Source: Acanthaster planci (lineage: Eukaryota). From it: 64,000 bases of DNA. Location of the stretch: assembly GCF_001949145.1 (NCBI RefSeq), contig NW_019091357.1, positions 1,915,704 through 1,979,703 on the forward strand, given 5' to 3'. This document shows, piece after piece, positions 50,896-64,000 of the stretch (its first letter is position 1; each line of letters opens with the position of its first letter). The translations under genes were made by a program, and so were the position numbers. The notes under the pieces are model-generated. The model saw nothing but the letters and a program-made list of their open reading frames with translations. It searched no databases and was not told where the DNA came from.

Positions 50896-51442
50896 AACCC
50901 ACTTTGAACCTTGATGTCAGAGTTTCTGTCAGATCTGTGGAACTTTGTCTCAAGGGATTCTTGTTTCGTCTTTTGGTCTTGTCTCAAAGTCGCATGTGCC
51001 GTTAGAAGCAAATGTCCCGTGGCTAAGAAAAAAGGAACGTCTGATGAGCAAAATTTGTTCACAAGAATTAATCCATTATAAACATAATTAATTTGTTTGG
51101 GAACTGATGTCCTTCAAAACTGTATACATAACCATTAGGCCTGCGTGTGCATAAAAACATGTTTTCACAAATTGCATGTTCATGTTAATCGTACGCCAGA
51201 TAAAACAACCTTATTAATCAGGTACTGCGGGTAGTTTGAAAAGATGATATTTTGTAGAAATGTCTGTCTTCATCGTGAATACATTTTATTTTGTACTAAA
51301 GGCTCTTACAGTTTGTGATATTCTTTGACCAGTTCAGATCCTCAACATCAGTCTACCGGTATGTCAGAAGTGACGCTGTGCGTGGTGAACTGATTCTAGT
51401 GGAATGTTAATTTTGACTTTTGAAATTTAAAAAAGAAAAAAC

Positions 51443-54400
51443 ATGGCAAAGTTTGACTGTTTCAACCAAGTGATCAGTCGACAGTTCTACCGCTATGGCC
51501 GTTTGATTGCACGACGCCCGGCCATATTTCTCATTGTGCCACTCATTGTCGCGGGTTGCCTGAGTTCCGGGATGATATTCCTGACAATTGAAACAGATGC
51601 GGCTTACCTCTTCACACCAGACAATAGCCGGGCTCGCGACGAGCTGGCAGAGATGGCGGCATTGTTTCCGGTCAACTATGAGAAGTTTCTCCCCAACCGT
51701 GTCCTGACCACTCAAGAGTTTGGCGGCAGTGTGGTGATTACGACCAGAGATGGGAGCAACATTCTGAGGGAGGAAGTCATGGCCGAGATCATTCACCTAG
51801 ACAACACACTCAGATCCTTGGAGATCCAAGCACCCGGCTCAAATAGCAGCATAACCTATGCCGACATTTGCTGTCACTTCACCCACGATCAGTGTCTGGA
51901 AGACCCAGTTTTGAAACTTCTGAACTACTCCTCAAAGAGTGTGACTTCCATGAACCTCACTTATCCATTTTCTTACATTGATCTCATAGACCTCCCAGTA
52001 TCTTCAACTGATATTTCCTTTGACTTCATGGAGGGCCTTCCATTTGGAAGTGTCGATCAGTTGGCTTTTCAACAAGATGGCATTCCTGATTTGAGCTTTC
52101 TCATCCCCACTGGGCCACAGAACATCAGCATCAATATTGGTGCATCGTTAGGGGGTGTCGTCCTGTACGAAAACTCTGACGTCATCAGGTCGGCCAAGGC
52201 GTTAAACATCATGTATTTTCTGCGATCGGGAACAGAAGAGGAACGTATCCTGGCAGAGGAGTGGGAAAGAGCATTCCTAGAGACCTTCCTGACACTCTTC
52301 AGTGGTTACCTGCACATTGAAGTGTCAGTATTTGCTTCCACGACGCTGTCAGATGAGCTCATCGCCATGGCAACCCGCGTCATGCCCCGGTTTTGCATCA
52401 CCTTTAGCCTCTTGATCGGCTTTGCCGTGGGATCGTGCATGATGATGGACTGGGTGTTCAGTAAACCCTGGCTGGGACAGTTTGGGGTTATATCGGCTAT
52501 GCTGGCCATAGCGTCCTCAATGGGCCTGCTGTCATTCTGCGGCCTGCCCTTTAATGAGGTTTCTGCATCCATGCCATTTCTAGCAATAGGTGAGTCCAAC
52601 AAAACATGTTTAAAATTCAGGAAACAATGCAGATTGTCCCGCTCTTGGTGACATTAGGGACATGTATGTTCTCAAGATTTTTCCTGATTTCAGGATTTTC
52701 GACCTCTAAAATTCTGGAATTAGACACTCTGAGTAATATTACAGGTTTGCTACGGTAATCTTGGCATTTTAATGTTAACATATATACACGTGTATTTATT
52801 GAACCAAAAGTGAACAAATTATGTAAGAATATCCATTTATAGGAAACCACACCCTTATCAGCTATAAAAAGCCAATTAATATTATGCAGACTCCATAAAG
52901 ACTAATGAAAGCCATGTTTGATTCAATATTTCGTTCTTTATTCAGAACATCTTCAGGAAAGATGAAGATGTTCTGAATAAAGAACGAAATATTGAATCAA
53001 ACATGGCTTTCAAAAGCCAATTAGTTTCAGCATTTTGTTGTGAAATTTACAACCCCAGGCTAGATCTGTTCTATTCTATTCTTGGAAGCTAAAATTTGTT
53101 TTTGTACACTGTTCTTGCACAAGTCACCAGGGCCCAGGCAACTCATTTTAGCAGTCCTCACTTCATTCATTCTGTTCATTTTCATTGTACATTGTGTTTA
53201 CGACAGGCATCGGCATTGATGACATGTTCATCATGCTGGCCGCATGGCGGAAGACCTCTATCAAGCTCTCCATAGAGGAGCGGCTGGGCCAAACGTACGC
53301 GGAGGCCGCTGTGTCCATCACCATAACCAGCATCACCGATGCCCTGGCCTTTGGCATTGGTTCCATCACCAGACTACCAGCCATCAGGGTGTTCTGCCTC
53401 TACAGTGGAATGGCCATCATCTTTGATTACCTGTACCAGGTAAGGCTCTGGGAAGAATGCCCGGCACTGGCAGTGGAAGGGGGGGGGCCAGTGGCCTCTC
53501 CCTCTCCACTTTTTCTACTGGAGGGCATGGCTCCCCCACTTGCCTGGCTCTTTTCTGTCCGGCAAAGCTGACTTCAGAGTTCCAATACAGAGATTGCCAC
53601 CCTGTTTGCTCTTTGTGGGAGCCATACAGATTGGCCTCTGGCCACTAGCGGTGCTGAGTGCTTTTCTTTCTCGCTATATTCTTGAGGGAGTCAGCCCATG
53701 TTCAGCCAGATAAAAGTTTGGGAACAGTTTCTGTATTCTAACAGCATATGCGAAAGATGAAGCATGTTCGAGGTCATTTGGAAGGGGCAGTAGGCGAGTG
53801 CAAGGTCAATCTTATCAATGTGTCCTTTCCCTTGCACACGTTTTGTCCTTAATTGACTGTTGCCCTTTGAACTACATGTACGTGTACCAACCTGGCTCAT
53901 GCCCCCCCCTCATTGTCCAAACAGAGCTTTTCAAGATTCCGCACCATATCAGCAAAGACTTAAGATAGAGTGAATTGAAGGTTGTAATTTGCATATCATA
54001 TGATTAGCTTGGTGGTCCTTGAAGTGTGTTGCTGATCTCTGCTGCGGTAGTATTTCTACGGCAAAGCATGGGGCTGCCATGAAACGTGACTATTGGAGGA
54101 CCAGGGTTTATGTCAAGTCACTTTCAATCAATGAGTAATGCATGTACCTGTATGTAGCGCTTTCGGCCAAAATGTCAGCTCAAGGCACAAAAGCTTACCG
54201 CATTTTTGCAGAAGTGATATACTGCATCAGGGTAGGGAATAGTGAGGGGGGGGGAACATTGCGACATTCGCAATTCAGCAATTGTCTGGCGGTCACACTC
54301 CATGCGGAGCAAACCAGTACCCTCAGAGCCAGGTATCGGTGTTTGGAAAAGTACTTGTCATAATTATTTTGTGCCCTGTGAGTGTCGCTTGTTGGTTCAT

Positions 54401-56857
54401 CCTTTGCGCATACGTACCACGTTTGTTGTGTAAGCATTCGTCAAATGAACACACTGCGCCAAAAATAATTGTCCCTGTCCTTCCCCAGCCTCAACCTCCC
54501 CGGGGGACAACCAGGGTTTGTGATTTTTGTATTTGATTTTGATTCTTTTTTAAAATTAAAATCAGATTTTTTGTTTTAAATCAGATTTTTTAATTTTTCC
54601 AAAAAATGAAGACAAGTTGGCTCAATTATCTGTTCAAAAGCAAGAAAATTAGCTGCATGTGTGACAATTTTCTTTCATTTATTTGTTTTTTTTTACAAAA
54701 GAAAACAAATTGGGATTTTGATTAAGAAATTTAAATCAAGTAATTCGATTAAAGGGCTACTCAAAGGAAAACATGTTTTCTCTCATTTTGTCAGTTCTAA
54801 TAAATATGTAAGCATCCAAGTGGAATCGAGTGTCATTTGTCTTCAGAGCTCAAGTATAGCAAGCTTAAAAGGGTTGTTTTTCTGTTCATGTCAAGATGTG
54901 AATTCTGAATGTAGATTGCGTCATTCGGAGAAAACAGAGAAAATGAGGGGAACCCTCGCCCCGTGTTCATGGTGGATAAACCCTTGCGCATGTCAAACAA
55001 TAGCTACAAACGATACCTACATGAGTTGTTTGGCATTAAATTATTTATTTAAATTCATTTGATTTAAATCACGATTTAAATCGGTGATTTAAATCAGCCA
55101 ACCCTGCCTCCCCCCCCCACATGAGCTCTGCCTCTCCCATCACACCCTCCAACTCGTAACAAAACCAAGCTGATAATTGTACTTTACATGTGAATACCTC
55201 AATTTGTTCTGTGTAGATCTCATTCTTCGGAGCTTGCATGGTTTACACGGGTCGAAGAGAGGCCAAGCGGAAACACTGCACCACCCTCAAACCAGTCTTG
55301 CCCAAGGACGAGGCGCCCTCAGAGTTTTACCGCCTCTTTTGTTCTGGAGGCGTGTCCAAACAGTCACCTACAGGGGAGCCCGACGACCACGCCATAATGG
55401 GTTTCTTCAGGGATTACTATGGTCCATTTATCACCTCGCCCAGTGCTAAGATTATAACAGTTATCTTGTATGGTTTGTACGTTGGTGCAGCCATTTTTGG
55501 ATGTTTGTCCTTGACAGAAGGGATGCAGTATAAGGATATTTTTTCTGATGATTCATACGCCCATCATTACATGAGCGAGCGAGCTGAATATTTTACCGCA
55601 TTTGCCGCTCCGATCTCTGTGGTCATTAATGAACCAGTGGCATATTGGGAAGAGGACATACAAGAGGAAATTGAGAATGTTACCAGGACCTTTGAGTCTG
55701 TCAACCACATCTATGATTCAAGATTCTCCGATTCGTGGCTGAGAAAATATCTAGAGTATCTGGAGATGGAGAACATCTACGACTCAGAAAACGCTACAGG
55801 GTTAGACCAGCAGCGGTTTCTGGCAATACTTCAAGAAGACTTCTTGACAAACCCCCTATTTGAACATTTTGTCCTGGATGTTAAATTCGAAAACATATCC
55901 GGTCAGAATGCAATCTCTGCCTCACGTTTGATCTTTCTGCCAGGAAACTTAACGACAACCAAGGGGGAGAGTGAGTTGATGCTGGCCGTCAGGGCGATTG
56001 CGGACAACGCTTCCCTCCCGCTCTTCATATCATCCCCGCCGTTTGAATTCTTTGAGCAGTACCTGGTTGTTCTCCCCAATACCATGCAGAATCTCATCAT
56101 CGCCACCGTCTCCATGTGCATCATCTCCCTGGTCTTCATCCCCCACCCTATCTCGGCGGCCATGATCACTGTCTGTGTCATCTCCATCGAGCTGGGCGTC
56201 ATCGGGCTTATGTCCCTGTGGGGGGTCAGCATGGATGGCGTCTCCATGATCAACATCATCCTCTGCATCGGCTTCAGTGTGGACTTCTCGGCCCACATCA
56301 CCTACTCCTTTGTCACGGCGCCTTGCCGGACGGGCAACCAGGCGGCCATCTTTGCCTTGCACAGCCTCGGCATGCCCATCCTCCAGGGGGCAGCCTCCAC
56401 CGTCCTGGGCATCATCGCAATTGCCAACTCCCCGGCCTACATATTTCGCAGTTTCTTTAAGACCATGTTCCTGGTCATGACCTTGGGACTCCTGCACGGC
56501 ATACTCTTCCTGCCGGTTCTTCTCACCCTCCTCAGACCCTGCATGCGCCTGGGACAGCCCAAGCCCAAGCCTGCCTCAGATGTGCAGACGACCACAAAGG
56601 AGGACAGTGCAGCAAGGGTCGACTTCGATGTAAACCTGGAAGAGATGCCACACCGAGACCTGGAGAGGGACTTACAGAGGGAGGAGTGTAACAGCAAGGC
56701 TTCATCCACTCAGGAACCCCAAGAATGTGAAGGTACTAGTCTTGAAATGTTCTTACATGAAGTGTTTGCTGAGACAGACAGTTCAGATGGGGACAGTGGC
56801 AATGCTTCCAAATTAACAAAGAAAGCACGGATTGTAGAAATGCTCACTGTGTTATAA
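51443..56857 (+). CDS. PTCHD3: Patched domain-containing protein 3-like (RND / sterol-sensing-domain membrane protein), 3 coding exons, 1006 aa
   Basis: Exons 51443-52589, 53207-53439, 55217-56857; total 3021 nt, phases consistent, GT-AG. N-terminal TM helix, large loop, SSD with SKPWLG and PFLAIGIGIDDMFIMLAAWR, ITITSITDALAFGIG, and second half with IGFSVDFSAHI and FFKTMFLV. The symbol gives the family; orthology is uncertain. Confidence 0.9.
52906..53012. repeat. Perfect inverted repeat, 50-bp arms, 7-nt loop
   Basis: 52906-52955 is the exact reverse complement of 52963-53012; loop GGAAAGA. Confidence 0.95.
54512..55106. mobile_element. hAT-like non-autonomous element in PTCHD3 intron 2
   Basis: Ends CAGGGTT ... 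AACCCTG with subterminal GATTT / GATTTAAATC repeats; no TSD seen. Confidence 0.55.
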
Positions 56858-57278
56858 TCCTTGTCGATTATGTCGAAGCTGTACGTCCATTTTCAGTAAA
56901 GCCGTCCTTTAAATGCAATTACTTGGCATGAATGTCGTTGTTCAGAATGTTTTCAATTTTATCTTCTTCCCCCCCCCAAAAAAAAATTTACAAAATTAGT
57001 TAGTGAATGAACGTGAAGAAAAACTTTATCTTGCATTTAAGCTTGTTCCGTGTGCTCATAATATGGATGAACCACTAATGATAAAGCTGCATGTTGTAAT
57101 CCATACTAGCAGAGATGTGTGTGTCTTCCTTGTTGGCTTAGATAGTGTGTGTATCATGTTGCAACACAGGAAAAACTCATGCCTGTGTAATCAATCTCTT
57201 ACACATTCCAACAAGTCTCTTACACATGCTAACAAGTAACTTTACCTCACCTTGACTGATTTCCTGTGTTGTGGTGGG

Positions 57279-58044
57279 NNNNNNNNNNNNNNNNNNNNNN
57301 NNNNNNNNNNNNNNNNNNNNNNNNNNNNNNNNNNNNNNNNNNNNNNNNNNNNNNNNNNNNNNNNNNNNNNNNNNNNNNNNNNNNNNNNNNNNNNNNNNNN
57401 NNNNNNNNNNNNNNNNNNNNNNNNNNNNNNNNNNNNNNNNNNNNNNNNNNNNNNNNNNNNNNNNNNNNNNNNNNNNNNNNNNNNNNNNNNNNNNNNNNNN
57501 NNNNNNNNNNNNNNNNNNNNNNNNNNNNNNNNNNNNNNNNNNNNNNNNNNNNNNNNNNNNNNNNNNNNNNNNNNNNNNNNNNNNNNNNNNNNNNNNNNNN
57601 NNNNNNNNNNNNNNNNNNNNNNNNNNNNNNNNNNNNNNNNNNNNNNNNNNNNNNNNNNNNNNNNNNNNNNNNNNNNNNNNNNNNNNNNNNNNNNNNNNNN
57701 NNNNNNNNNNNNNNNNNNNNNNNNNNNNNNNNNNNNNNNNNNNNNNNNNNNNNNNNNNNNNNNNNNNNNNNNNNNNNNNNNNNNNNNNNNNNNNNNNNNN
57801 NNNNNNNNNNNNNNNNNNNNNNNNNNNNNNNNNNNNNNNNNNNNNNNNNNNNNNNNNNNNNNNNNNNNNNNNNNNNNNNNNNNNNNNNNNNNNNNNNNNN
57901 NNNNNNNNNNNNNNNNNNNNNNNNNNNNNNNNNNNNNNNNNNNNNNNNNNNNNNNNNNNNNNNNNNNNNNNNNNNNNNNNNNNNNNNNNNNNNNNNNNNN
58001 NNNNNNNNNNNNNNNNNNNNNNNNNNNNNNNNNNNNNNNNNNNN
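57279..58044. other. Assembly gap (N run)
   Basis: Run of N. A second gap is at 61378-61441 and a single N at 12063. Confidence 1.
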
Positions 58045-61000
58045 AGACCAGGTTTCACGGGTTAGTATCTAGTCACTTCCGACATTTACAGTATGCATGC
58101 CAAACAGGATATCCATTTGCACACTTTCCTCCAGTTTAACCTCTTACTGTATATGAGACAAAATTTATGTTTTTTCTCCATGTGGAGGAGTTCATTGTCC
58201 ACCTGTGCAGCAAATGCTTGGCATGCACAATATTAATTATACAAGCGACTGATATCCTTCAAAGTGCCGTTCATTTCATTTATGTACCACCTGACCTCTC
58301 TTGCTGTTGTAAATATAGTTTTAACCGGGTAACACCTAGCTGCATGCTTGATCAGTGTTTTCTTTAAGTGAAAAAATGGGGGTTTTTTCTTGTCTGCTCA
58401 CAGTTGACCCTGTTTTCAGATGTCACGGGAAAGGAAATACATGTAGAACGTTCCTTTGTTTTGTGCCTGCACAAAGCACAAAGTCATACCTTACAAACTC
58501 TGTTGGTGTGTGAACTACACTTGTCAGGATTAGTTTTTCACTTATAGAAGTCACTCTGTTTTACAAGTTCCTTGAAGTCAGGTTGTTCATCTGCAGTCAC
58601 AGGGATCAGTGTTTGTTTTACCTGAACAGAAATAAACCAAAACAGGTCCTGTCATACTGTTAATTGAGTTCGTGATGATTTTGATTGGAAATGACTGGAT
58701 TCACATGTACTAATAATTCATCTCGGCTCAATAGAATGCACAATTTCATTTGGAATAACCAACTTCTTTTTCAAGCCGAGGAAGCAAATCTGTTATTCGG
58801 TACATGTACAGTGTAGTTTAAACAGCCACCAAAATACAGTCTTTAGTCGGTGACTTGTATCCTCGTCAATTGTTCTCAAGCAATCGATAACTATCGACAC
58901 AGCCGGGGTGAAACAAAAGAACAAGTGAAGGTGTTGAGTGCAGTCAAAGTGACCAATGTAGTCTTATCCTGATGTGGAAGTTACATTCAGTATCAGGACT
59001 TCATCCTGTATCATTTCACCCTTGTTTAGTCACTGTGCTGTCCAGTTGTCCATCCATTTGTATTTTGGGTCCATCGGTGAAGCATCCTTTCCAGATAGCA
59101 TGTATCTATCCCTCACAAGTCACAACTTACATGTACCAGTACCAAAATTCACCCTTCCTCTTATTTTTGTCACTTTTGTTTGACTAGCCTTTCTTTAGAT
59201 TTTCTTTCCTCACATCCTAATCTCCTTCGAGGCAGGTATGTACCAAGTTTTTTGTCTTCCAATTTGTCAGGAAGTCTGTTTGTATTGTCCTCTGTGTAAA
59301 TGATGTGCAAACTAACATTTAATTGTACGTGAATAATATATTCACAGTCATTTTTTCAACGTATTATGTTAAAGCTAACTAAGGTATTATCGATCGAGGC
59401 AAATTTTAATCAATCAAATGGCAGTTGGACTACCCATCAATTACTCTTATAAATCCCATTGTCAAATTGCAGCTACAAGTATGTGTGAATCACATGCAGT
59501 TGGCTGCAGCTTAAAATTGCACACAACTCTATGGAGAGGGGTGACAGCCTCAGGCATAGACTCATGTAATTTCAAGTCGCAGCAAAATAATCTGATCAGA
59601 GGTCAAGGTAATGTTTAATGCCGATATCATGGGTTTTTAACATGCCAAACAAGGGCACATACAGTACAGTAATATTGTTTCAATCTGTTTCAGTATCTTA
59701 GAAAGAACTTATTTTGTGACAATGTTTATTTGGTATGTTCATGTTTTCTCTCTGCCAAATTTTTACATAAAGCATTTTCTCGGGGGGGGGTGATTTTTCT
59801 CTTTCCTATGTCCTTGTGCACAGCTGCTTACATTGGTATTTTTATCGAAATGGTTTGGACTTTGTGACTTTGTTGCATGACTTTTGTTTCACTGAATCTG
59901 CATGGCTTTTTTCTCTGCACGGCAGTTTAAGGGTTGAATATGAAACCTTGGCTTCAAAGCCTGTAAGGTCTTTTTTTTTCAACGAAGCCAAATACATGTA
60001 TGTGCACTTTATGCATTCAGTGTAAGGTGTTAAAGAAGATGAACGGATGAGACAGTCTTACAGAATGAGTCGTAATGCACATTTGGAGTTAAGCCAAAAA
60101 GTCCTGGAACATATTGCAAGCCAGAAGATGCTTGAAATATTTTCCCTCTGTCAAGTCTTGAGATTATTTGGCTTGCAAGCAGTGTGACAGAAGAAGGGGA
60201 TTGCCTGGCAAAACTTGGCTCAGGCCTAAATTCAACTTGCATGCATAGATGCCTCTGATACTCAGTTTGCAGGATTCAGTGGTGAATTGCATGACACAAT
60301 TTTCAGGGTCACACAATTTACATGTACAGGTATATGTAGGTGTGTTGAATGACATGGCCCATGCATTCACACACCATCATACCTTGAACTTTGGTCAAGG
60401 TCTATTGCACTGTCTGGTTATTTGAACAGGGACACTCATGAACTGATGGATGGTCTCAGCTGTACCCAAGATGCGAGCATGCTTATCGGGGAAGATAACT
60501 TAGTGCCCAGGTTACGTCACACGCATGTCCTTGTGAAGCAAAAAACAAAAGTGAAAAAACTTACCAAGCCAATTGTGCTGAGTATATTAACTGAGCCCGA
60601 CAGCCACTAAATTTGCGTGGCTTTTGGTTGGTAATCTGATTTCACTATCAGTAGAGTAGATATTTTCTGTACCAAGAAGCCCCAGGCCCCACTTCCCCTA
60701 AAGCGCTTTGGCTGGTACCCTGCTTTTGATTAACAAAACTTTTTTTGGGGGGGGGGAATCCACAAGCTTGTTATTGCTAACAATCCAGTGAAAAGGGGCA
60801 GACGTGCCAAAAGAAATTGTCTATGTTGAGTGATGCTCTGAAATGCAGCCTAGCTACATGTACGTGCGTAATTCCAGAAATTAGGCTTCATTTTTTTCGT
60901 GTCCCTGTTACATGTACATCTGACACATGATTTTGTAAGATCAGAACACATTTTCTCATTTCTAAGAGTGATGAATCAATGCAAAACAATTTCGGTGATA

Positions 61001-61297
61001 TTTACACGAAAATGTCACACTTTTGGACCCCAAATTTCTAGAATTATCCACAAGCACATGATGTCCTTGTGAACCAGGGTTAGTTTTTGCTGATGACATC
61101 TATCATTGAAAATGTGTGAGATGACACTCATTGTTCTTACAACTTGAACCACACTGTTAGGTCCAAACACTCTGAATTGGGTATTATACAATTATTAGAC
61201 AGCATGACTTAAAAAAAAATAATAAAAAATACATGTTGAAAATAGTTTGCAGTACCCGCTGCTTCATTTGACTCGGACCGGCCAGCTGACCCCGGCA

Positions 61298-61372
61298 AGC
61301 TCGGTAGTCGAGTGGTTAAGACATCTGCTCTAGTAAGCAGGAGGTCGTGAGTTCGAGTCCCACCCGAGTAAG
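61298..61372 (+). mobile_element. tRNA-Thr(AGT)-derived SINE head or tRNA pseudogene
   Basis: A-box TAGTCGAGTGG, D-stem GTC/GAC, CTAGTAA loop with one extra base in the anticodon arm, B-box GTTCGAGTCC, partial CTCGG/CCGAG acceptor pairing; abuts an N gap. Confidence 0.65.
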
Positions 61373-64000
61373 CTTGTNNNNNNNNNNNNNNNNNNNNNNN
61401 NNNNNNNNNNNNNNNNNNNNNNNNNNNNNNNNNNNNNNNNNTTAGCATGACTTAGGTAACAAAATGGCTTCTCCTCCTGACACATTAGCTTGTGCATACC
61501 TCTGAATGCACAAATAGCACAAACTGGGGTTTGAGTTTGGATACTTGCCAGCACAACATGTAACTCCTGGCTAGTATTTCCTTGACTATATTCACTTCCT
61601 TTGAAACCAAAAGTCAACATTAGGACCATATCACATGGTCACAGTGTGATTGTGGAGAACGGATGCTGCATTGTGCAATATTTTGTAGCACACAGCTTCT
61701 TGGGATTGTTAACTGGCATGCATTTAAGCCGGTTTCAACTCAGTGGTCCTACTCAACTGTTGCTCTAAAAACTAGTATGTTATGACCCCCCCTGGTGGAA
61801 TTTTCTGTTCAGAGTCTCAAGAAAAAGCCTATATGCATCAATAGAACATTTTCCCACAGAAGTGGCACAATTTAAAAAAAAAAGACAAGATGTACTCTTT
61901 CAAAAGCAGAGGCATCCACAGCATTGAAATCCAGATGTGGTTGAAAAACTGACAATCAGAGTCTTCTGAGTGTCCTGATTTTCTTTTCATTGTTTACAAC
62001 AATAAAAAATGAAGCTTTTTTTATTTTTGCATGTTTCTCTGTACATATTTTCTCTTTTAGGCCAGATTGATTTCGTTTAATTAATTTTAATCTGCATGGC
62101 TATTATTTTGTACATGACAGTTTGACGGTTGAAGGTAAAAGACACCTTTGTTCAAAGCTTGCCAGTACATGTGCAGTTCCTTGTTTTTTCACCTTGAAGA
62201 CCAGTATGTAACAGGCATGAAATGCATTCTGCAGTCCCACAAAATGAGTCTTCACTCACCATCACTTAATGTAAAGGGAAAGGCAGCAAAGCTAATCAGG
62301 GGCAATGCCAGACATTGGAATCTTTCCAAGTTTCCCCCCCCCCCAGTCTGCATGTGGCATGTTTACAAGCTGTCTAAACACAAGGTGGATGGAGATCATC
62401 TTCCTGGGAGCTTTGCTCAGACCAAAATTCAGCTTTGGTGTCCGAGTCCCTTTGAAACACAGTTTGTTTGGTTTTGTTGGAAAATAGTGTGACCCACCTT
62501 TGGGGGCAAAGTATGAAGCTGTTGGGGTGTGTTGAGAGGGAGGGTTTATGCACGTAACATGTACCTCCTGATCTTTGTTCGAGGACAATCTATGTGTGTC
62601 TAGTTGTTTAAATACATAAATGTGCTAATGTCTTGGTGTGAACGCACTTCAGGGAAGGCATTCATGTGTGTACTCTCCCCAGTTAGGCGCACCGGCTACT
62701 TGTAAGCAAGCAAGCTAAGAAAACAAAAACAAAGAAGATTAGCTACATGTAAGACGTTACTGAGCCAGACATAGGTAGAAGACACTAAATAGTACTTTCA
62801 GATAAAAAGCTATTTTTAATTAAGACTTTTTCCTACCTGCTGCACGGGTCTGACTCTCACCCAAGTGAGGACTGAAGTGCTGAGGAGCCAAGGTCTGAGG
62901 ACCCAATTCTATGGCACTGAGTGTTAATCCAAGCATGTATGAGTGTCCTCATACATGGACAATAAGGTCCCCGATTGACAGCTGTGTACAAAACGTATGG
63001 GTGGTCTTCTGAAAAAGTTTAAGTACAAACAAAAGAGGAACAATAGGGGGTCCCCAGTTGCAGGCAAATACACTCTTGCTTGTGTGAGGGGGGTAAATCT
63101 CAAGTCTGTTGAATCACTGCAGACTGCTGATGCCACACAGGGGCTGTGGTCATATATAATGACCAATCCATTTGACTTTACTTTCAGAACCAAAAGTTTG
63201 AAGAAGTTGAGGTGCAAGACCCACGCGTCAGAGGCACAAGCTATTGCCGTGGATGCAGGTGACTCCCAAAAAGACATTCATCCTTAACCATGACATCACG
63301 GGAGCCAGACATAATTGCTGCCGAAGGCTTTTTTTGTGGATGAACTCTTCCAGTAAAAGGGAAAACATTTTATTTCCAAGTATTGGTTGGGGCAAGATGA
63401 AAGAAGATTTAAAGATGCACACATGCACAAAAAAATCTTTCAAATGAATATGCAGTTTAAAGTTTGCTGACAAAGTATGATCCTGGCTTATGTAAAGAAC
63501 AGTTTTGCTGATTGTTTTAAACATAAAATGGAACTGGTGTTCCTACCTGTACGGTATAATTGTCAGGTTCGTTAATATGTTGCCACAGTATTGTGCTATT
63601 TATCAAAGTAATGATTTTTTTTTTAATACAACATTTAGTCAGTGGTGATCTTGACAGCCTGAATAGAAAACTGAATATTTATTTTGTGAAAAATAATTGG
63701 AAGGAAGGAAATATTTCTGCAATTGAATGTAGACAGAGAATGGTCTCTTGAGTGTGTTTTAAACTTATGCATACGGCAATGCACGTAGTCAATATTTGTA
63801 TATTGGCCTACAGATATTGTTCCTTTTAGTGACAAATGTTGCTGCAGTTTTGTTTAGAGCATTTTTCTAACTTTTTCAAGTTCTAATTAATAATAATTTA
63901 ATACTTCTTGTGTGCGAACATATTTGGACCCCATTTACCCAAGTAATTATTCATCGTCATGTGACCCAATCCAACAAGATTGTAAAAAGTATGGAAGCGG

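Noticed and set aside
55903..56709. Antisense and alternate-frame ORFs over PTCHD3 (likewise over the SDR and actin exon 5)
   Set aside because: Shadow ORFs expected from GC3-rich coding sequence.
11857..56857. The five genes as one functional cluster
   Set aside because: They have unrelated functions and mixed orientation; nothing in the sequence shows co-regulation.
57177..58139. Long ORFs of 264-295 aa
   Set aside because: Artefacts of translating the N gap.
61298..61372. Functional tRNA-Thr(AGT)
   Set aside because: Extra base in the anticodon arm and incomplete acceptor and T stems; SINE or pseudogene is more likely.
62997..63287. 96-aa ORF / possible exon after the acceptor at 63187
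   Set aside because: No recognisable homology and no partner exons found.

Overview
Eukaryotic (animal) genomic DNA with spliced genes, MITE-like repeats and N gaps. The actin intron positions and repeat types suggest an invertebrate deuterostome, possibly an echinoderm; this is inference only. Five protein-coding genes were reconstructed by hand with consistent exon phases: SPO11 (+, 12 exons, 11857-16242, 409 aa), a divergent actin (-, 5 coding exons, 19279-22628, 376 aa), VPS28 (-, 7 exons, 25618-36690, 226 aa), an extended-SDR nucleotide-sugar enzyme with an uninterrupted CDS (-, 39780-40817, 345 aa), and a PTCHD3-like protein (+, 3 coding exons, 51443-56857, 1006 aa). The most notable items are: the SDR, which closely resembles bacterial Cj1427-type GDP-heptose dehydrogenases; a 5-copy 149-bp array of tRNA-Gln-like Pol III cassettes between the convergent SPO11 and actin 3' ends; the unusually divergent actin with a GC-AG intron at an atypical position; a U12-type intron in SPO11; and a perfect 50-bp-arm hairpin in a PTCHD3 intron. 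I found no supportable gene in 1-11.4 kb or 58-64 kb. All protein comparisons are from recalled sequences, not database searches.
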